From Squalus acanthias (Eukaryota): a DNA stretch of 64,000 bases. The notes beneath the pieces are model-generated. The model did not search any database. It saw only the letters and a program-made list of their open reading frames with translations, and had not been told where the DNA came from. This document shows, in pieces, positions 1 to 12,910 of this stretch; the stretch's first letter is position 1; every line of letters begins with the position of its first letter. Both the position numbers and the translations under genes were made by a program. The stretch is from the NCBI GenBank assembly GCA_030390025.1, contig CM059425.1:175524001-175588000 (forward strand), given 5' to 3'.

Positions 1-3000
1 GTACTCGAATCCTCTCGCTATGAAGGCCAACATACCATTTGCCTTCTTAACCGCCTGCTGCACCTGCATGCTTACCTTCAGCGACTTGTGCACAAGGACT
101 CCCAGATCTCATTGCACTTCCCCTTTTCCCAATCTATTGCCGTTCAGATAATCTGTCTTCCTGTTTTTGCCACCAAAGTGGATAACATCGCATTTATCCA
201 CATTATACTGCATCTGCCCAATCACCCAACCTGTCCAAATCATACTGGAGTTTCTCTGCATCCTCCTCGCAGCACACACGCCCACCCAGCTTTGTGTCGT
301 CTGCAAACTTAGAGATATTACATCTAGTTCCCTCGTCTAGATCATTAATATATATTGTGAATAGCTGGGGTCCTAGCACCGATCCCTGTGGTACCCCACT
401 AGTCACTGCCTGCCACTCAGAAAAAGACCCGTTTATTCCAACTCTTTGCTTCCTGTCTGCCAACCAGTTCTCTATCCAAATCAGTACCTCACCCCCAATC
501 CCATGTGCTTTAACTTTGCACGCTAATCTCTTATGCGGGACCTTATCGAAAGCCTTCTGAAAGTCCAAATACATCACATCCACTGTTTCTCCCTTATCTA
601 TTCTACCAGTTACATCCTCAAAAAATTCCAGTATGTTAGTCAGGCATGATTTCCCTTTTGTAAATCCATGTTGACTTTGTCCGATCCTGTCACTGTTTTC
701 CAAGTGCTCTGCTATTACATCTTTTATAATGGACTCTAGCATTTTGCCCACTACCGATGTCAGGCTTACCAGTCTATAATTCCCCGTTTTTTCTCTGCCA
801 CCTTTTTTAAATAGTGGGGTTACATTCGCTACCCTCCAATCCATGGGAACTGTTCCAGAGTCCATAGAATTTTGAAAAATGACCAGCAATGCATCTACTA
901 TTTCTAGGGCCCCTTCCTTAAGTACCTTAGGATGTAGATTATCAGGCCCTGGGGATTTATCGGCCTTCAATCCCGTCAATTTCCCTAACACCATTTCCCT
1001 ACAAATAGTGATTTCATTCAATTCCTCCCTCTCATTAGACCCTATGTTCCCCGACATCTCTGGGAGTTTATTTGTGTCCTCCTTTGTGAAGACAGAACCA
1101 AAGTATGTGTTTAATTCGTCAGTCATTTCTTTGTTCTCCATTATAAATTCCCCTGATTCTGACTGCAAGGGACCTACGCTTGACTTCACCAATCTTTTTC
1201 TCTTCACATATCTATAGAAGCTTTTGCAGTCAGTTGTTATGTTCCCTGAAAGCTTACTCTCATATTCTATTTCCCCCCTCTTAATTAATCCCTTTGTCCT
1301 CCTTTGCTGAATCCTAAACTGCTCCCAGTCCTCAGGTTTGCTGCTTTTTCTAGCCAATTTATATGTCCTCTCCTTGGATCTTATGCTATCCCTAATTTCC
1401 CTTGTTAGCCACGGTTGAGTCACCTTTTTTGTTGTTTTTTATGCCAAACAGGGATGAACAAATTCTGTAGTTCATCCATGCGATCTTTAAATGTTTGCCA
1501 TTGCCTATCCACCGTCAAACCTTTAAGTAACGCTCCCCAATCCACCCTAGCCAACTCGCGCCTCATACCATCGTAGTTTCCTTTATTTAAATTCAGGACC
1601 CTAGTCTCTGAGTCAACTACTTCACTCTCCATCTTAATGAAGAATTCTCTCATATTATGATCGCTCCTCCCAAGGGGCCTCACACAACAAGATTGCTAAT
1701 TAATCCTTTCTCATTACATAATACCCAGTCTAAGATGGCCTGATCTCTAGTTGGTTCCTCGACATATTGGTCCAGGAAGCCATCACGTATACACTCTAGG
1801 AATTCCTCCTCCACAGTATTGTTACTAATTTGGTTAGCCCAATCTATATGTAGATTAAAGTCACCCATGATAACTGCTGTGCCCTTATTGCACGCGTCTC
1901 TAATTTCCCGTTTAATGCCATCCCCAACCTCAGCATTACTATTTGGGGGTTTGTATACAACTCCCACTAATGTTTTCTGCCCCTTGGTATTTCTCAGCTC
2001 TACCCATGCAGATTCCACATCATCAGAGCTAATATCCTTCCTTACTATTGTGTTAATCTCCTCTTTAACCAGCAATGCCACCCCACCTCCTTTTCCTTTT
2101 TGTCTGTCCTTCCTGAATATTGAATACCCCTGGATGTTGAATTCCCAGCCTTGGTCACCCTGGAGCCATGTCTCCGTAATCCCAATTATATCATATCCGT
2201 TTACATCTATTTGCGCAGCTAATTCATCCACCTTATTACGAATGCTCCTCGCATTAAAACACAAAGCCTTCAAGCTTGTTTTTTTAACACTCTTAGTCCT
2301 TTTAGAATTATTATTTACTGTAGCCCTATTTGATTTACTCCCTTGATTTCTCTGCCTTCCACTTTTGCTTTTCTCCTTCCTGTCTTTTGCTTCTATCCTT
2401 GCTTCCCATTCCTCTGTTTCCCTGCACAGGTTCCCAACCCCCTGCCATTTTAGTTTAAACCCTCCCCAACAGCACCAGCAAACACTCCCCCTAAGACATC
2501 GGTCCCGGTCCCGCCCAGGTGCAAACCATCCAGTTTGTACTGATCCCACCTCCCCCAGAACCGGTTCCAATGTCCCAGGAATTTGAATCCCTCCCCCTTG
2601 CACCATTCCTCTAGCCACGTATTCAGCTGAAATATCCTTTTATTTCTACTCTGACTAGCACGTGGCACTGGTAGCAATCCTGAGATTACTACCTTTGAGG
2701 TCCTATTTTTGAATTTACCTCCTAACTCCCTATATTCAGCTTTTAGGACCTCATCCCATTTTTTACCTATATCGTTGGTACCTATATGCACCACGACAAC
2801 TGGCTGTTCACCCTCCCCCTCCAGAATGCCCTGCAGCCGCTCCGAGACATCCTTGACCCTTGCACCAGGGAGGCAACATACCATCCTGGAGTCTCGTTTG
2901 CAGCCGCAGAAACGCCTATCTATTCCCCTTACAATAGAATCCCCTATCACTATAGCTCTCCCACTCTTTTTCCTCCCGTCCTGTGCAGCAGAACCACCCA

Positions 3001-3055
3001 TGGTGCCAGGAAGTTGGTTGCTGCTGCCTTCCCCCGATAAGCCATCTCCCTCAAC
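1..3055 (-). mobile_element. CR1 LINE, 5'-truncated within ORF1 and running off the window start: SGNH-esterase part of ORF1 plus frameshifted APE-RT ORF2
   Basis: ORFs carry GDSIVR/HIGTND/DGLHL (esterase), NARSI/ITETWL/GDFN (APE) and [25 protein letters not shown] (RT). Confidence 0.95.
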
Positions 3056-3304
3056 ATGTGTGCCTTTCAGAATTCAACAACTAAATGTTATTTTTTTAGT
3101 TTTTTTTTAGCGAAGTAGGCTCTTGTTTATCCATTAATGTAAAGATGTTGTACATGCTATGTTGTACATCTTTCTGAAATTCCATCAATCTAGAGTGGAA
3201 AGAAAAAGTTGTTTTACTGGGAGGCATTGAATATTCTGTTCCTAAGTTTTGGGTTTCAGAATTTAAATAAAAAAGTAGAGCAAAACATTGGGTGATTTTA
3301 CTAG

Positions 3305-3695
3305 AAAGAAAGAAAGAACGAATGAACTTGTATTTATATAGCACCTTTCACGGCTTCAGGATGTCCCAAAACGCTTTACAGCAATGAAGTACTTTTGAAG
3401 TGTAGTCACCATTGTAATTAATGTAAGGAAATGCAGAACCCAATTTGTGCACAGTTAGGTTCCGCAAACAGCAATGAGATAATGACCAGACATTCTCTTT
3501 TGACGATGTCAGTTGAGGTACAAATATTGGCCAGAAGACTGGGAGAAACTCCCCAGCCCCTCTTCGAATAATGCAGTGGAATCTTTAACGTCCACCTGAG
3601 AGAGCAGATGGGGCTTCGGTTTAATGTCTAACCCAAAAGACGGCACCTCCAACAGTGCAGCACTTCCTCAGTACTGCAATGAAGTGTCAGTCTCT
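3305..3695 (-). mobile_element. Deu-domain SINE (SacSINE1/AmnSINE1-like), partial
   Basis: Reverse complement matches the SINEs at 9177 and 45415. L2-like tail ...GAAAGGTGCTATATAAATACAAG. Confidence 0.75.
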
Positions 3696-3805
3696 TAACG
3701 TGGAAACTTAAAAATATGATGAACTTAGTTCAGGCAGCTGTTTCTGAAGAAATCTGATTAAAAGGCGTACTTATTACAATTTTTTCTGTCCTATATTACG
3801 TGCAG

Positions 3806-3915
3806 TAGATGGTGTCACCAATGACAGCAGTGATAGTGAAATGGAGGACAAATCCACGTCAAAGATGGCAACTTTGAAGCTAGAAGAGTGGCTGAATTTT
3901 AGAATAGATCCAGAA
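3806..3915 (+). CDS. YTHDC2: YTHDC2 internal coding exon ((V)DGVTNDSSDSEMEDKSTSKMATLKLEEWLNFRIDPE)
   Basis: Pyrimidine tract plus CAG acceptor and GTAAGT donor at 3916. Peptide matches the recalled YTHDC2 segment VDGIPNDSSDSEMEDK...LKLDEWL. Joins the next exon in phase 0. Confidence 0.92.
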
Positions 3916-4689
3916 GTAAGTCATTTCTGAATATATGTTCTTGTTTTATTTTAGACTAATAAGTGGCATGTAAACAAGCTAACTGGTAACACAAACACTG
4001 TTGTTAGCAGTACAGATAACACTTATAAATTGGTTGTCTTTTCAAGATCTTATGCTGATTTCACATTTTCTATGACAAAATGTGTAATCTCAAAGTCCAA
4101 TTTTCTCTGAAATTTTTCAAAAAAACATGCTAAGATTTCTTAAGTTAGGTAATTTCATTACAAAACAAATATTCTTTGCAAATTATCTCATTTAAATTGT
4201 TTTTATTTGAATTAAAATGCTCTGGTACCTGCTTGAAAAGTTGCATTCCATTATGAGGCTTGTTTCTTTCAAGACTAGATGGTTGCAGTCATCAGGTTTC
4301 AGAATTGGACCTGTACTTCAAATTAAAAACGAAACAGACAGTCTGAAACTGCATTCGCACTACAATTATAGTGTTGCTGAAGGAAGAAGATTTACGCCAC
4401 GTAACTTCAGATTCAAGTTGGTCCCCGACTCCGCGTTTACATGGAGCACAGGGATGCAGGAGTTCAGGATTAGTGGTCAGGGACAGGCTTTGTATTATAC
4501 CATGTGATCATGCTGTTCGATCCGGCAGTCTTTTTCCAGCTTGGCTATCAAACATCATTGTCAACTGACACCAAGGGACTTTTGGTACTTCATGGTGTTG
4601 AACAATCACTCAAAACCTACTGGGGCAAGGAAGAAGATGGTGTCCCGTCCCCAACCCACCCCTGTCCCTGGTCATGATGTTTTGACCAG

Positions 4690-5222
4690 CATTATTGAGT
4701 AGACTAGGCTTATATTCTCTAGAGTTTAGAAGAATGAGAGGTGATCTCCTTGAAACATTCAAAATTCTTACAGGGCTTGACAGGGTAGATGCAGGGAGGA
4801 TGTTTCCACTGGCTGGGGAGTCTAGAACCAAGTAGATGCAGGGAGGATGTTTCCCCTGGCTGGGGAGTCTAGAACCAAGTAGATGCAGGGAGGATGTTTC
4901 CCCTGGCTGGGGAGTCTAGAACCAAGAGTCACAGTCTCAGAATAAGGGGTCAGCCATTTAGGACTGAGATGAGGAGAAATTTCTTCACTTAGAGGGTGGT
5001 GAATCTTTGGAATTCTCTACCCCAGAGGGCTGTGGAGGCTCAGTCGTTGAGTATATTCAAGACAGAGATCGATAGATTTTTGAATATTAAGGGAATCAAG
5101 GGATATAGGGATAGTGCAGGAAAGTGGAGATGAGGTAGATGATCAGCCATGATCTTATTGAATGGTGGAGCAGGCTCAAAGGGCCAAATGGCCTACTCCT
5201 GCTCCTATTTCTTATGTTCTTA
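4690..5222 (+). mobile_element. CR1 3' fragment with an internal 47-bp triplication
   Basis: Encodes RLGLYSLEFRRMRGDL...FFT.RVVNLWNSLP and ends in a CR1 tail. The unit at 4785-4831 is repeated three times. Confidence 0.9.
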
Positions 5223-6284
5223 TTACTGTATACTGTTGGCATAGCTATCTGGCTGCAAAGATGTATTTACTGTTTGAAACAGGTCCTTGAATCTGACATG
5301 GTTGTTGTACATGGGCAAGAAGTACTGTTAGAGATTGCATGGATAATCATAAATTTGCTGTTTCTGAACATTCTCTTGACTGAAGTGCCAGTCAAGTTAA
5401 AGCGCTTTCATAATCTAAAGTTAATTTTAGCTCTCAGTCAAGAGCCCCCTATGTGCATGAAGTTTATTATGAAAGGACTTAACTTGATGTCAACAGCTAT
5501 GAAGGACCTGGCAAACCTTTGGTTTCGATGAGTCAGTGATAATGATCTCAGCTGTTGTCCCAAGACAGCCTTTGTTGTGCAAGTTCTGTCTGCATTGGCT
5601 GATGTACTTAGATGATTTTGCTGATTCAGATTTTAGGCTGATTGAATCAACAAGGTTCCCAAGTCTTTTGTGATTGGGAAAGAGAATGAGGATATATTAC
5701 CTTTTAGCACTCCTAACTTGACATCTTCTCTATATTAGTATAACGTTAAATCTATAGTTAAGTACAGGAAGCTCCCTGACTCTTTCCTTTGACCTGACAA
5801 TGCTTGTATGATTGATAGCTGCTTGCTGTTTACTTGGAGCAAAAATACTAGCCCCACCTTCTCATATGTAATTATACAATTTCACAGGAATCACATTTTG
5901 TAATCAATTCAAGTTTGAAGTTTTAAAAAATAGGTTGATATTTTAACAATGAAACTGTGTTCTGCCATGTCTAAAGTTATTTCTTGTGGGTTATTTGTCC
6001 AGGAATTCTAGATTTCAGTCTCCTGTACCACCTTACAATAAATTTCTGTTTCACATGGGCATTTAATTTCACAAAAAGCATTCTGCTCAACCAAGTGTCA
6101 ATGACCCTAATTCTGTTTATAAGATTGAAGAATAGAAATGTACTGCATTGTAAATTATTGTAATGAATAATTTGTAGAATAAACTAAAATTTTAATAATT
6201 AAGATGCTAACTAAATGTGGCTCAATCCTCGGTCTGTTGGAGTTTCCCACTCAACAAATTTTCCTGGATTTAATCTTCAACCAG

Positions 6285-6470
6285 CACCACCAAAAACAGA
6301 ATAGCTGGTCATCCATTCATTTGCTGTTTGTGGAACCCTGCTGTATGCAATTTAGCTGCCATATATGCCTACATAAGTAATTACACTCCAAAATTAATCC
6401 ATTGGTTGTAAAGTGCTTTGAGATGATCTGAGGATATAATAATGAACTATATAAATGCAAATTCATTAAT
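6285..6470 (+). mobile_element. Degenerate 3' part of a Deu-type SINE
   Basis: Similar to 9420-9610, including the GTAAAGTGCTTTG...CTATATAAATGCAA tail. Confidence 0.6.
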
Positions 6471-6526
6471 TGTGCATACTTGTGTTTTTCTTTACTAATG
6501 AATTTTCACAATGTGTTTTGTTATAG

Positions 6527-6825
6527 GCAGCTAGTCTTATCTTACAGTTGCGACAGAAATGGCATAGTCTATTCCTGAGACGAATGCGTGCTCCGTCAAA
6601 ACCTTGGACTCAGGTAGATGAAGCAACCATCAGGGCAATCATTGGAGTCCTTAGCAGTGAGGAGCAAGCAGCAGGGCTGCAACAACCTTCTGGGATTGGA
6701 CAAAGACCAAGACCTATGTCTTCGGAAGAGCTTCCAGTCTCATCATCTTGGAGGTCGAACAGTAGGAAGAGCTCAGCAGAAACAGAGTTTTCAGATGATT
6801 CTTCCAGTGTGGAATTTAGGGAAAG
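6527..6825 (+). CDS. YTHDC2: YTHDC2 internal coding exon (AASLILQLRQKWHSLFLRRMRAPSKPW...EFRE)
   Basis: TAG acceptor ending at 6526 and AG|GTAGAG donor (phase 2). Peptide is nearly identical to recalled vertebrate YTHDC2. Confidence 0.95.
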
Positions 6826-8277
6826 GTAGAGCTTACAGCAATACTACACAATTGAACAGTAATTGATTTGCAAAATATATCTAGATGTGGAGAAGCTATA
6901 TTTTTAGCATCTAATCTTAGATGTTACTAAAACAAAATTTACATGGAGTAACACCACAGCTTGCGCCATATATTGTCTGATGACAACTGGATTACCCCAT
7001 TAAATTACTAGGTAATCTCTAGATTATGTAGTGGTCTGTGCGTACCCAAACAAGTTTAATAGAACAAATGAAGGAGGAACATTGGTATAAATGAAAATAA
7101 CTCAAGTTGTTGGAAGGTTGAACCCCTATGGACTGCACTTCTTAATAACAGTAATTAAATAATTCATACATCGTCATTCCCAAGCACACTGTTATCTTTC
7201 AAGCTAATGGCCCAGATTTACCTGCAACGGCGAGATCAGCGACGTACATTGTAAATTTCAACATCTTGTGTGCTGATCTTGCCGTTGATAACTTCCTCTG
7301 TATTTTCCTGCATTTCTAATTAGAATGCGCTGAAGCAAATATGGCGGTGAATAAGTTGCACAACCAATGGCCAATTCATCGTTCCTGCCGTTAATGGTGC
7401 AATTTCTTTGTCATGGTGGTAAAATGCAACATTTTAACTTGGTGGCAACTGCTAATGATTCCTGCCAATTTGATGTAACATAGGAATTGTCTTTTCCAAA
7501 TTTTGTTGAAGTTTTAAAAGTTCTGTTTCTGTAAAACAAATAAAGTATAGATGCGTCCATAAAATGGATCAGTAGAATGAAACCTAATTCTTCTTTACCC
7601 TTATTTTAGTTGACTGTGATCTGGTTGAGCAGTTCCTTTAATCATCTCAAATATCCACAAACCTTACAGCAACGTGCAGGGAAGTTTCACACCTATCTGA
7701 TGTTTTCCCCTATTTTAAACATCTTTGTTCACTAAATTAACAATAAAATATTAGTAGACATGAGAATTTATTGGGCTTGTAAATTTGAGGAAGGTTTCTT
7801 TGAACCCATGGTTGGTCAAAGATCTGTGTTCTGTTCGCTATCAATCAAAATATTTGAACAACTGACCCCTGCAATCGAATTCCTCCATGCCACGTGGAAA
7901 TTCAAGATTTCAAAAGAGAGAGAAGGTAGATGACCAGACTGATCTTCACGTGCCTGACTGGTGAGAGAATGATGTAAATTCCTAGCAAGGGTTCATTAGA
8001 AGAATCAGATTTAATTTAAGTGCTATTTTTAATGCACTGCTGACAACTATCAATTGATTTAGACTGCACATACTATGGATTTTACGTTGCATATTATGTT
8101 AAAACATAGCTACCAACTAATTAATCCACTGTGTGCCTAGGGTGGCCCCTTGCCGTCCTGGCTATTAACACCAGTCAGTAACTCTTGTTTGGTTAGATCA
8201 CATGGGGTTACACTCTACAGTCACAAGTTAAATGTACAGGGTCATTTGCATACACTGTCTGCATAAATTTGCCATTC

Positions 8278-9945
8278 ATAAAACATAGGAACAGCAGTAG
8301 GCCATTCAGCCCCTCAAGCCTGTTCTGCCATTCAATTAGATTGTGGCTGATCTGTATCTCAACTCCATTTACCCTCCTTTGTTCCATATCTCTTGATACC
8401 CTTGCCTAACAAAAATTTGCTAATCTCAGTCTTGAAAATTTCAATTGACCCAGCATCTGCAAACTTTTGAGAGATTGTTTCCAAATTTCCACTACCCTTT
8501 GTGTGAAAAAGTGCTTCCTGATTTCACTCCTAAATGGCCTAGCTCTAATTTTAAAATTATGTCCTCTTGTCTCTGGATTCCCCCACCAGAGGAAATAGTT
8601 TCTCTGTATCTACCCAATCGAATCCCTTAAGCATTCAAGGGAATACAAGCCAAGTTTATGCGACCAGTCCTCATAATTTAACCCTTTAAGCCCCGGTATC
8701 ATTCTGGTGAATTTGCACTGTACCTCTCCAAGGCCAATATATCTTTGCTGAAGTTTGGTGCCCAAAACTGAACGAAGTACTCCAGATGGGATCTGACCAA
8801 GACTCTGTACAACTAAGCATGACTTCCTTGCTTTTGAATTCCAACCCCCTTGGTGTAAAGGCCATCATTCCATTAGCCTTTTTGATTACTTTTTGTACCT
8901 ATGCACTAGCTTTTAGTAATTTGTGTACATAGACACCTAAATCCCTTTGCCCCTCCACAGCTCCTAGTGTCTCACCATTAAGAAAATATTCCAATTTATC
9001 TTTCTCAGATCCGAAGTGGATAACCTCACATTGCCCCACGTTGACCTCCATCTGTCATGGTTTCGCCCACTAACCTGGTCTGTCTATGTCTCTTTGCAAC
9101 TTCCTGCTCCCATCCACACAACTTACTGTGCCTCCTAACTTCGTGTCATCTGCAAACTTGGATATACAACTTTCTAGCTGTGGCTCAGCGGTAGCACTCT
9201 CGTCTGAGTCAGAAGGTTGTGGGTTCAAATCCCACTCCAGAGATTTGAGCACACAATCTAGGCTGACACCCCAGTGCAGTGCTGAGGGAGTGGTGTACTT
9301 CTGGAGGTGCTGTCTTTTGGATGAGATGTTAAACAAGGTGGACGTAAAAGATCCCATGTGACTATTTCGAAGAAGAACACGGGAGTTCTCCTCGGTGTCC
9401 TAGCCAATATTTATCTCAACCAACATCACTAAAAAACAGATTATCTGGCCATTATCTCCATTGCTATTTGTGGGATCTTGCTGTGCACAAATTGGCTGCT
9501 GCGTTTCCTACATTACAACAGTGACTACACTTCAAAAGGTACTTTGTTGACTGTAAAGTGTTTTGGAACATCCTGAGGTCGTGAAAGGTGCTACATAAAT
9601 GCAAGTTCTTTCTTGTATTATTGTTTTCTTGCTTGCTTTCGTTCCCTTCATCCAAGTCATTAATGTATGGTGAAAAGCTGATGCCAGATTGCAGATCGCT
9701 GGAGAAATACCACTTGTCACATCCTGCCAATCAGAGAACGAACCCTTTATCCCTACTCCCTATCTCCTACCTCACAACCAATTACTGATGCATGTCACAA
9801 GGTTACCTACAATTCTGTGCACTCTTTTTTTGCTAATGATCTCTTATGTGGAACCTTATCAAATGCCTTTTGAAAGTCTATATAGACAACATCCATAGAC
9901 ACTCCCCTATCCACTTCAAAAAATCCAAATAGATTAGTCAAGAGG
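8278..9945 (-). mobile_element. Old 5'-truncated CR1 (RT to 3' tail), interrupted by a SINE
   Basis: [12 protein letters not shown] and YINDLDEG segments lie on either side of the SINE. CR1 tail near 8280. Confidence 0.85.
9177..9615 (+). mobile_element. Full-length tRNA-derived Deu-domain SINE (SacSINE1-like)
   Basis: A box TGGCTCAGCGG, B box GGTTCAAATCC, a central domain shared with other copies and an L2-like tail. Confidence 0.8.
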
Positions 9946-11389
9946 AACCCCGCAGTCTTCACTGCAGGAGAGGAAGGTGTGGGGGGGGGGGGGGGAAGAA
10001 AGGAAAACTGACCAAGGCTAATACACGTTCAGACAGAGAGTTACATCAAGGAGTGAGTGACAGGACTATTTCCCTATTCCACATGTGTCCCTGCATCAAT
10101 GTTTGCTTCCCTGCTCCTTTGATAATAGTGTATGTAGCATGTGTGTCATCTCCTAATTTTGTGCTGCCAGTTTTTCTGGGGTCTCTGGAGGCATAGAGTG
10201 TGCCTCCAAAATTCCACTGCCGGGTTCGAGCCAACTACTAGCCTTTAAGAGGGTCTGCAGCACAGTAAGGAAGTTTGAGTGTTTGTGGACCAAATCTGAA
10301 CTTCCTTTGGTCAGTAGATTTGAATTGAACAGCTTGGCCATATTAACATAATCAAGTAACTCCAGTAAGATGGGTCTCTATTCACATACAGTGATAATTA
10401 AACCACACAGCGCAGGGCCTTCCTGAACCGCGCATGTCTCTGCTTTGATCTGAGGTATGAAAATTAGCCAGTCTGTAATATGTACTCATATAACTTGCAG
10501 AAACTGAGCAGTGACTGACTTTAACATGTACTGCATTCAGCAAGAAAAAAATCTGATAATTTAACGTAGTCAAAAAGACTTCATTTTTGTCACACAATCT
10601 AACCAAGTCAATCCAAGTATTTGACACAGATCACTGAATCAAGCCATCCCATTCATTTCCAAACATACTATGTGATTTATGTTCTTGGGGTCTTGTGGTA
10701 GTGGCCTTGATTGACACCTGTGTCGTGGTGAAGATGTGAGTTGTGTCTCGGGAAGGGGCAGGGCCAATTACTCCTCTTGATGGACAGTTCTATGGCCAGG
10801 AGTTTCCAATTTTTCGCTTATTTTGCTGCTTGCACTCAGCTCAGTGATCGATCTGAAGCCGGCAGTGTCTGAGCTAAATCAGTAGTTTTGTGGTAGCAAT
10901 TCACCATGGAAAAAGTGAGCAATCATATTTAAAGGATTAGTTTTATGTTGAGAAATAGCACAGGAGAATTGTAAAGGTTGTACTTACATTTGGTTTCTTG
11001 CCTGAGCCTCGGCTTAATAGTGTATATTCATCCACCTACTGAAGATAAGGAGTTCATATGATGTCACGTATATTCCAGTAAATCAGAGTACTGTGGTAAG
11101 GGTTCTCTGTTCAACTCAAGGTCTTGCTACCTTTACCTAGATATTGGACAGGTAACACTGGTCTGTAGGGGGTGCAAAGCCTACCTGTTGGCATTGTCAT
11201 TCACCTTGAATCCAAGGAACTATATGCTGTTAAAACCTCAATGCGATAAACATTACCCTCTTACACCAACTCCCACTTAAAAAAACAAAGGATTTTCTGT
11301 ATGTTATATGGATAGCTTGCTATCCCTGTGCTTTTTTGGGTGTAAAGCACGAACCACCATGATGTCAATATATGAATGTAAAATGGTAA

Positions 11390-11814
11390 TTTTTTTAAAT
11401 ATTCATTCATGGGATGTGGGCGTCGCTGGCAAAGCCAGCATTTATTGCCCATCCCTAATTCTCCTTGAGAAGGTGGTGAGCTGCCTTCTTGACAACTGAA
11501 TGACTTGCTGGGCCATTTCAGAGAGGCATTTAAGAGTCAACCACATTGCTGTGGGTCTGGAGACACATAGGCCAGACCGGGTAGGGACAGCAGGATTCCT
11601 TCCCTAAAGGACATTAATGAACCAGATTTTTACGACAATCCGGTAGTTTCATGGTCACCATTACTGACACTAGCTTTTTTATTCCAGTTTTATTTAATTA
11701 ACTGAATTTAAATTCTCCAGCTGCTGTGGTGGGATTTGAGTTCACGTCTCCGGATCATTAGTCCAGGCCTCTGGATTATTAGTCCAGTAACGTAACCACT
11801 ATGCCCCCGTTCCC
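11390..11814 (-). mobile_element. tRNA-headed SINE made of the 5'UTR and 3' tail of the single-ORF LINE family in this window
   Basis: The 5' ~320 nt match 52975-53498 (minus the insert). The 3' ~100 nt match the LINE tail at 24570, 42780 and 49110. Confidence 0.85.
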
Positions 11815-12089
11815 ATAATATGATAATATATTGGACAACTGGGCTATAATACAAAAATAAATCAATATAATCTTCAAAGATGATAGAATCAGAATTTTGC
11901 AGCACAGAAGTAGGCCATCACTACTGTGCTGGGTCTCTAAAACAGCTATCCAGTTAGCTCCTTTACCCTGCCTTTGCTCCATACCTTTAAAATTTTTATT
12001 TTTCAAATATTTATTCACTTACCTTTTAAAAGCTTTTTATTGATGCGCATTTTCAAAAATGGTATAAACCAGCAATTTTCTTGTTATAG

Positions 12090-12255
12090 GGTTCAGTTGA
12101 AGTCACAGCAGCAGCAGCAAAGATACAAGGAGAGGGGCTTCCTCCATCCTAAGAGGAGTTCTGATGACAGGTCAGATCAGTCATCTGTAAAATCGACAGA
12201 CAGCAGCAACTATCCCAGCCCCTGTGCCAGCCCATCTCCTCCACCTTCAGGCAAG
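12090..12255 (+). CDS. YTHDC2: YTHDC2 internal coding exon (RVQLKSQQQQQRYKERG...SPPPSGK)
   Basis: TTATAG acceptor and AAG|GTAAGT donor. Phase is compatible with both neighbours. Contains the DRSDQSS.KSTDSS.YPSPCASPSPP motif. Confidence 0.95.
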
Positions 12256-12379
12256 GTAAGTTTTTTTTTTAAATGCTCTCTTAGAATCATTGAATGTGGT
12301 GGCACCTTTAATTATTTTTATGATTATCTTAATCTGTGCCCTTCCATTGTCTTAACATTCAGTTGAAATAGTCTATCAC

Positions 12380-12910
12380 TACTTTCCACCATCTACAAGG
12401 CACAAGTAAGGAGTGTGATGGAGTACTCTCCACTTGCCTGGATGAGTGCAGCTCAAACAACACTCGACACCATCCAGGACAAAGCAGCCTGCTTGATTGG
12501 CACCCCATCCACCACCTTAAACATTCACTCCCTCCACCACCGGCGTACCGTGGCTGCAGTGTGTACCCTCTACAAGATGCACTGCAGCAACTCGCCAAGG
12601 CTCCTTCGGCAACACCGCCCAAACCCACGACCTCTACCACCTAGAAGGACAAGGGCAGTAGGCGCATGGGAACACCACCACCTCCAAGTCACACACCATC
12701 CTGACTTGGAAGTAGATTGCTGTTCCTTCATCGTTGCTGGGTCAAAATCCTGGAATTGCTTCTCTAACAGCACTGTGGGAGTACCTTCACCACACGGATT
12801 GCAGCAGTTCAAGAAGGCGGCTCACCACCACCACCTCGAGGGCAATTCGGGATGGGCAATAAATGTTGGCCTTGCCAGCGACGCCCAGATCCCATGAACG
12901 AATAAAAAAA
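12380..12910 (+). mobile_element. 3' fragment of the single-ORF LINE family
   Basis: Encodes TIYKAQVRSVMEYSPLAW and ends ...GCCAGCGACGCCCAGATCCCATGAACGAATAAAAA. Confidence 0.85.

Noticed and set aside
294..2586. Many + strand ORFs opposite LINE ORFs (e.g. 294-560, 1819-2346, 34959-35396, 43054-43632)
   Set aside because: Antisense shadows of retroelement coding sequence that recur in each copy. They are not genes.
4217..4568. Short ORFs in a YTHDC2 intron
   Set aside because: The flanking exons already join in frame to match YTHDC2, and there is no homology or good splice pair.
4785..4925. Possible CRISPR-like array
   Set aside because: Tandem units without spacers, within a eukaryotic CR1.
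7205..7450. Possible MITE or Harbinger-end fragments (also ~10155-10260 and ~10795-10910)
   Set aside because: Too degenerate, and paired TIRs could not be established.
9177..9245. tRNA-like sequences (also 45420-45485 and 53410-53498)
   Set aside because: They are SINE/LINE heads continuous with repeat bodies, not free tRNA genes.
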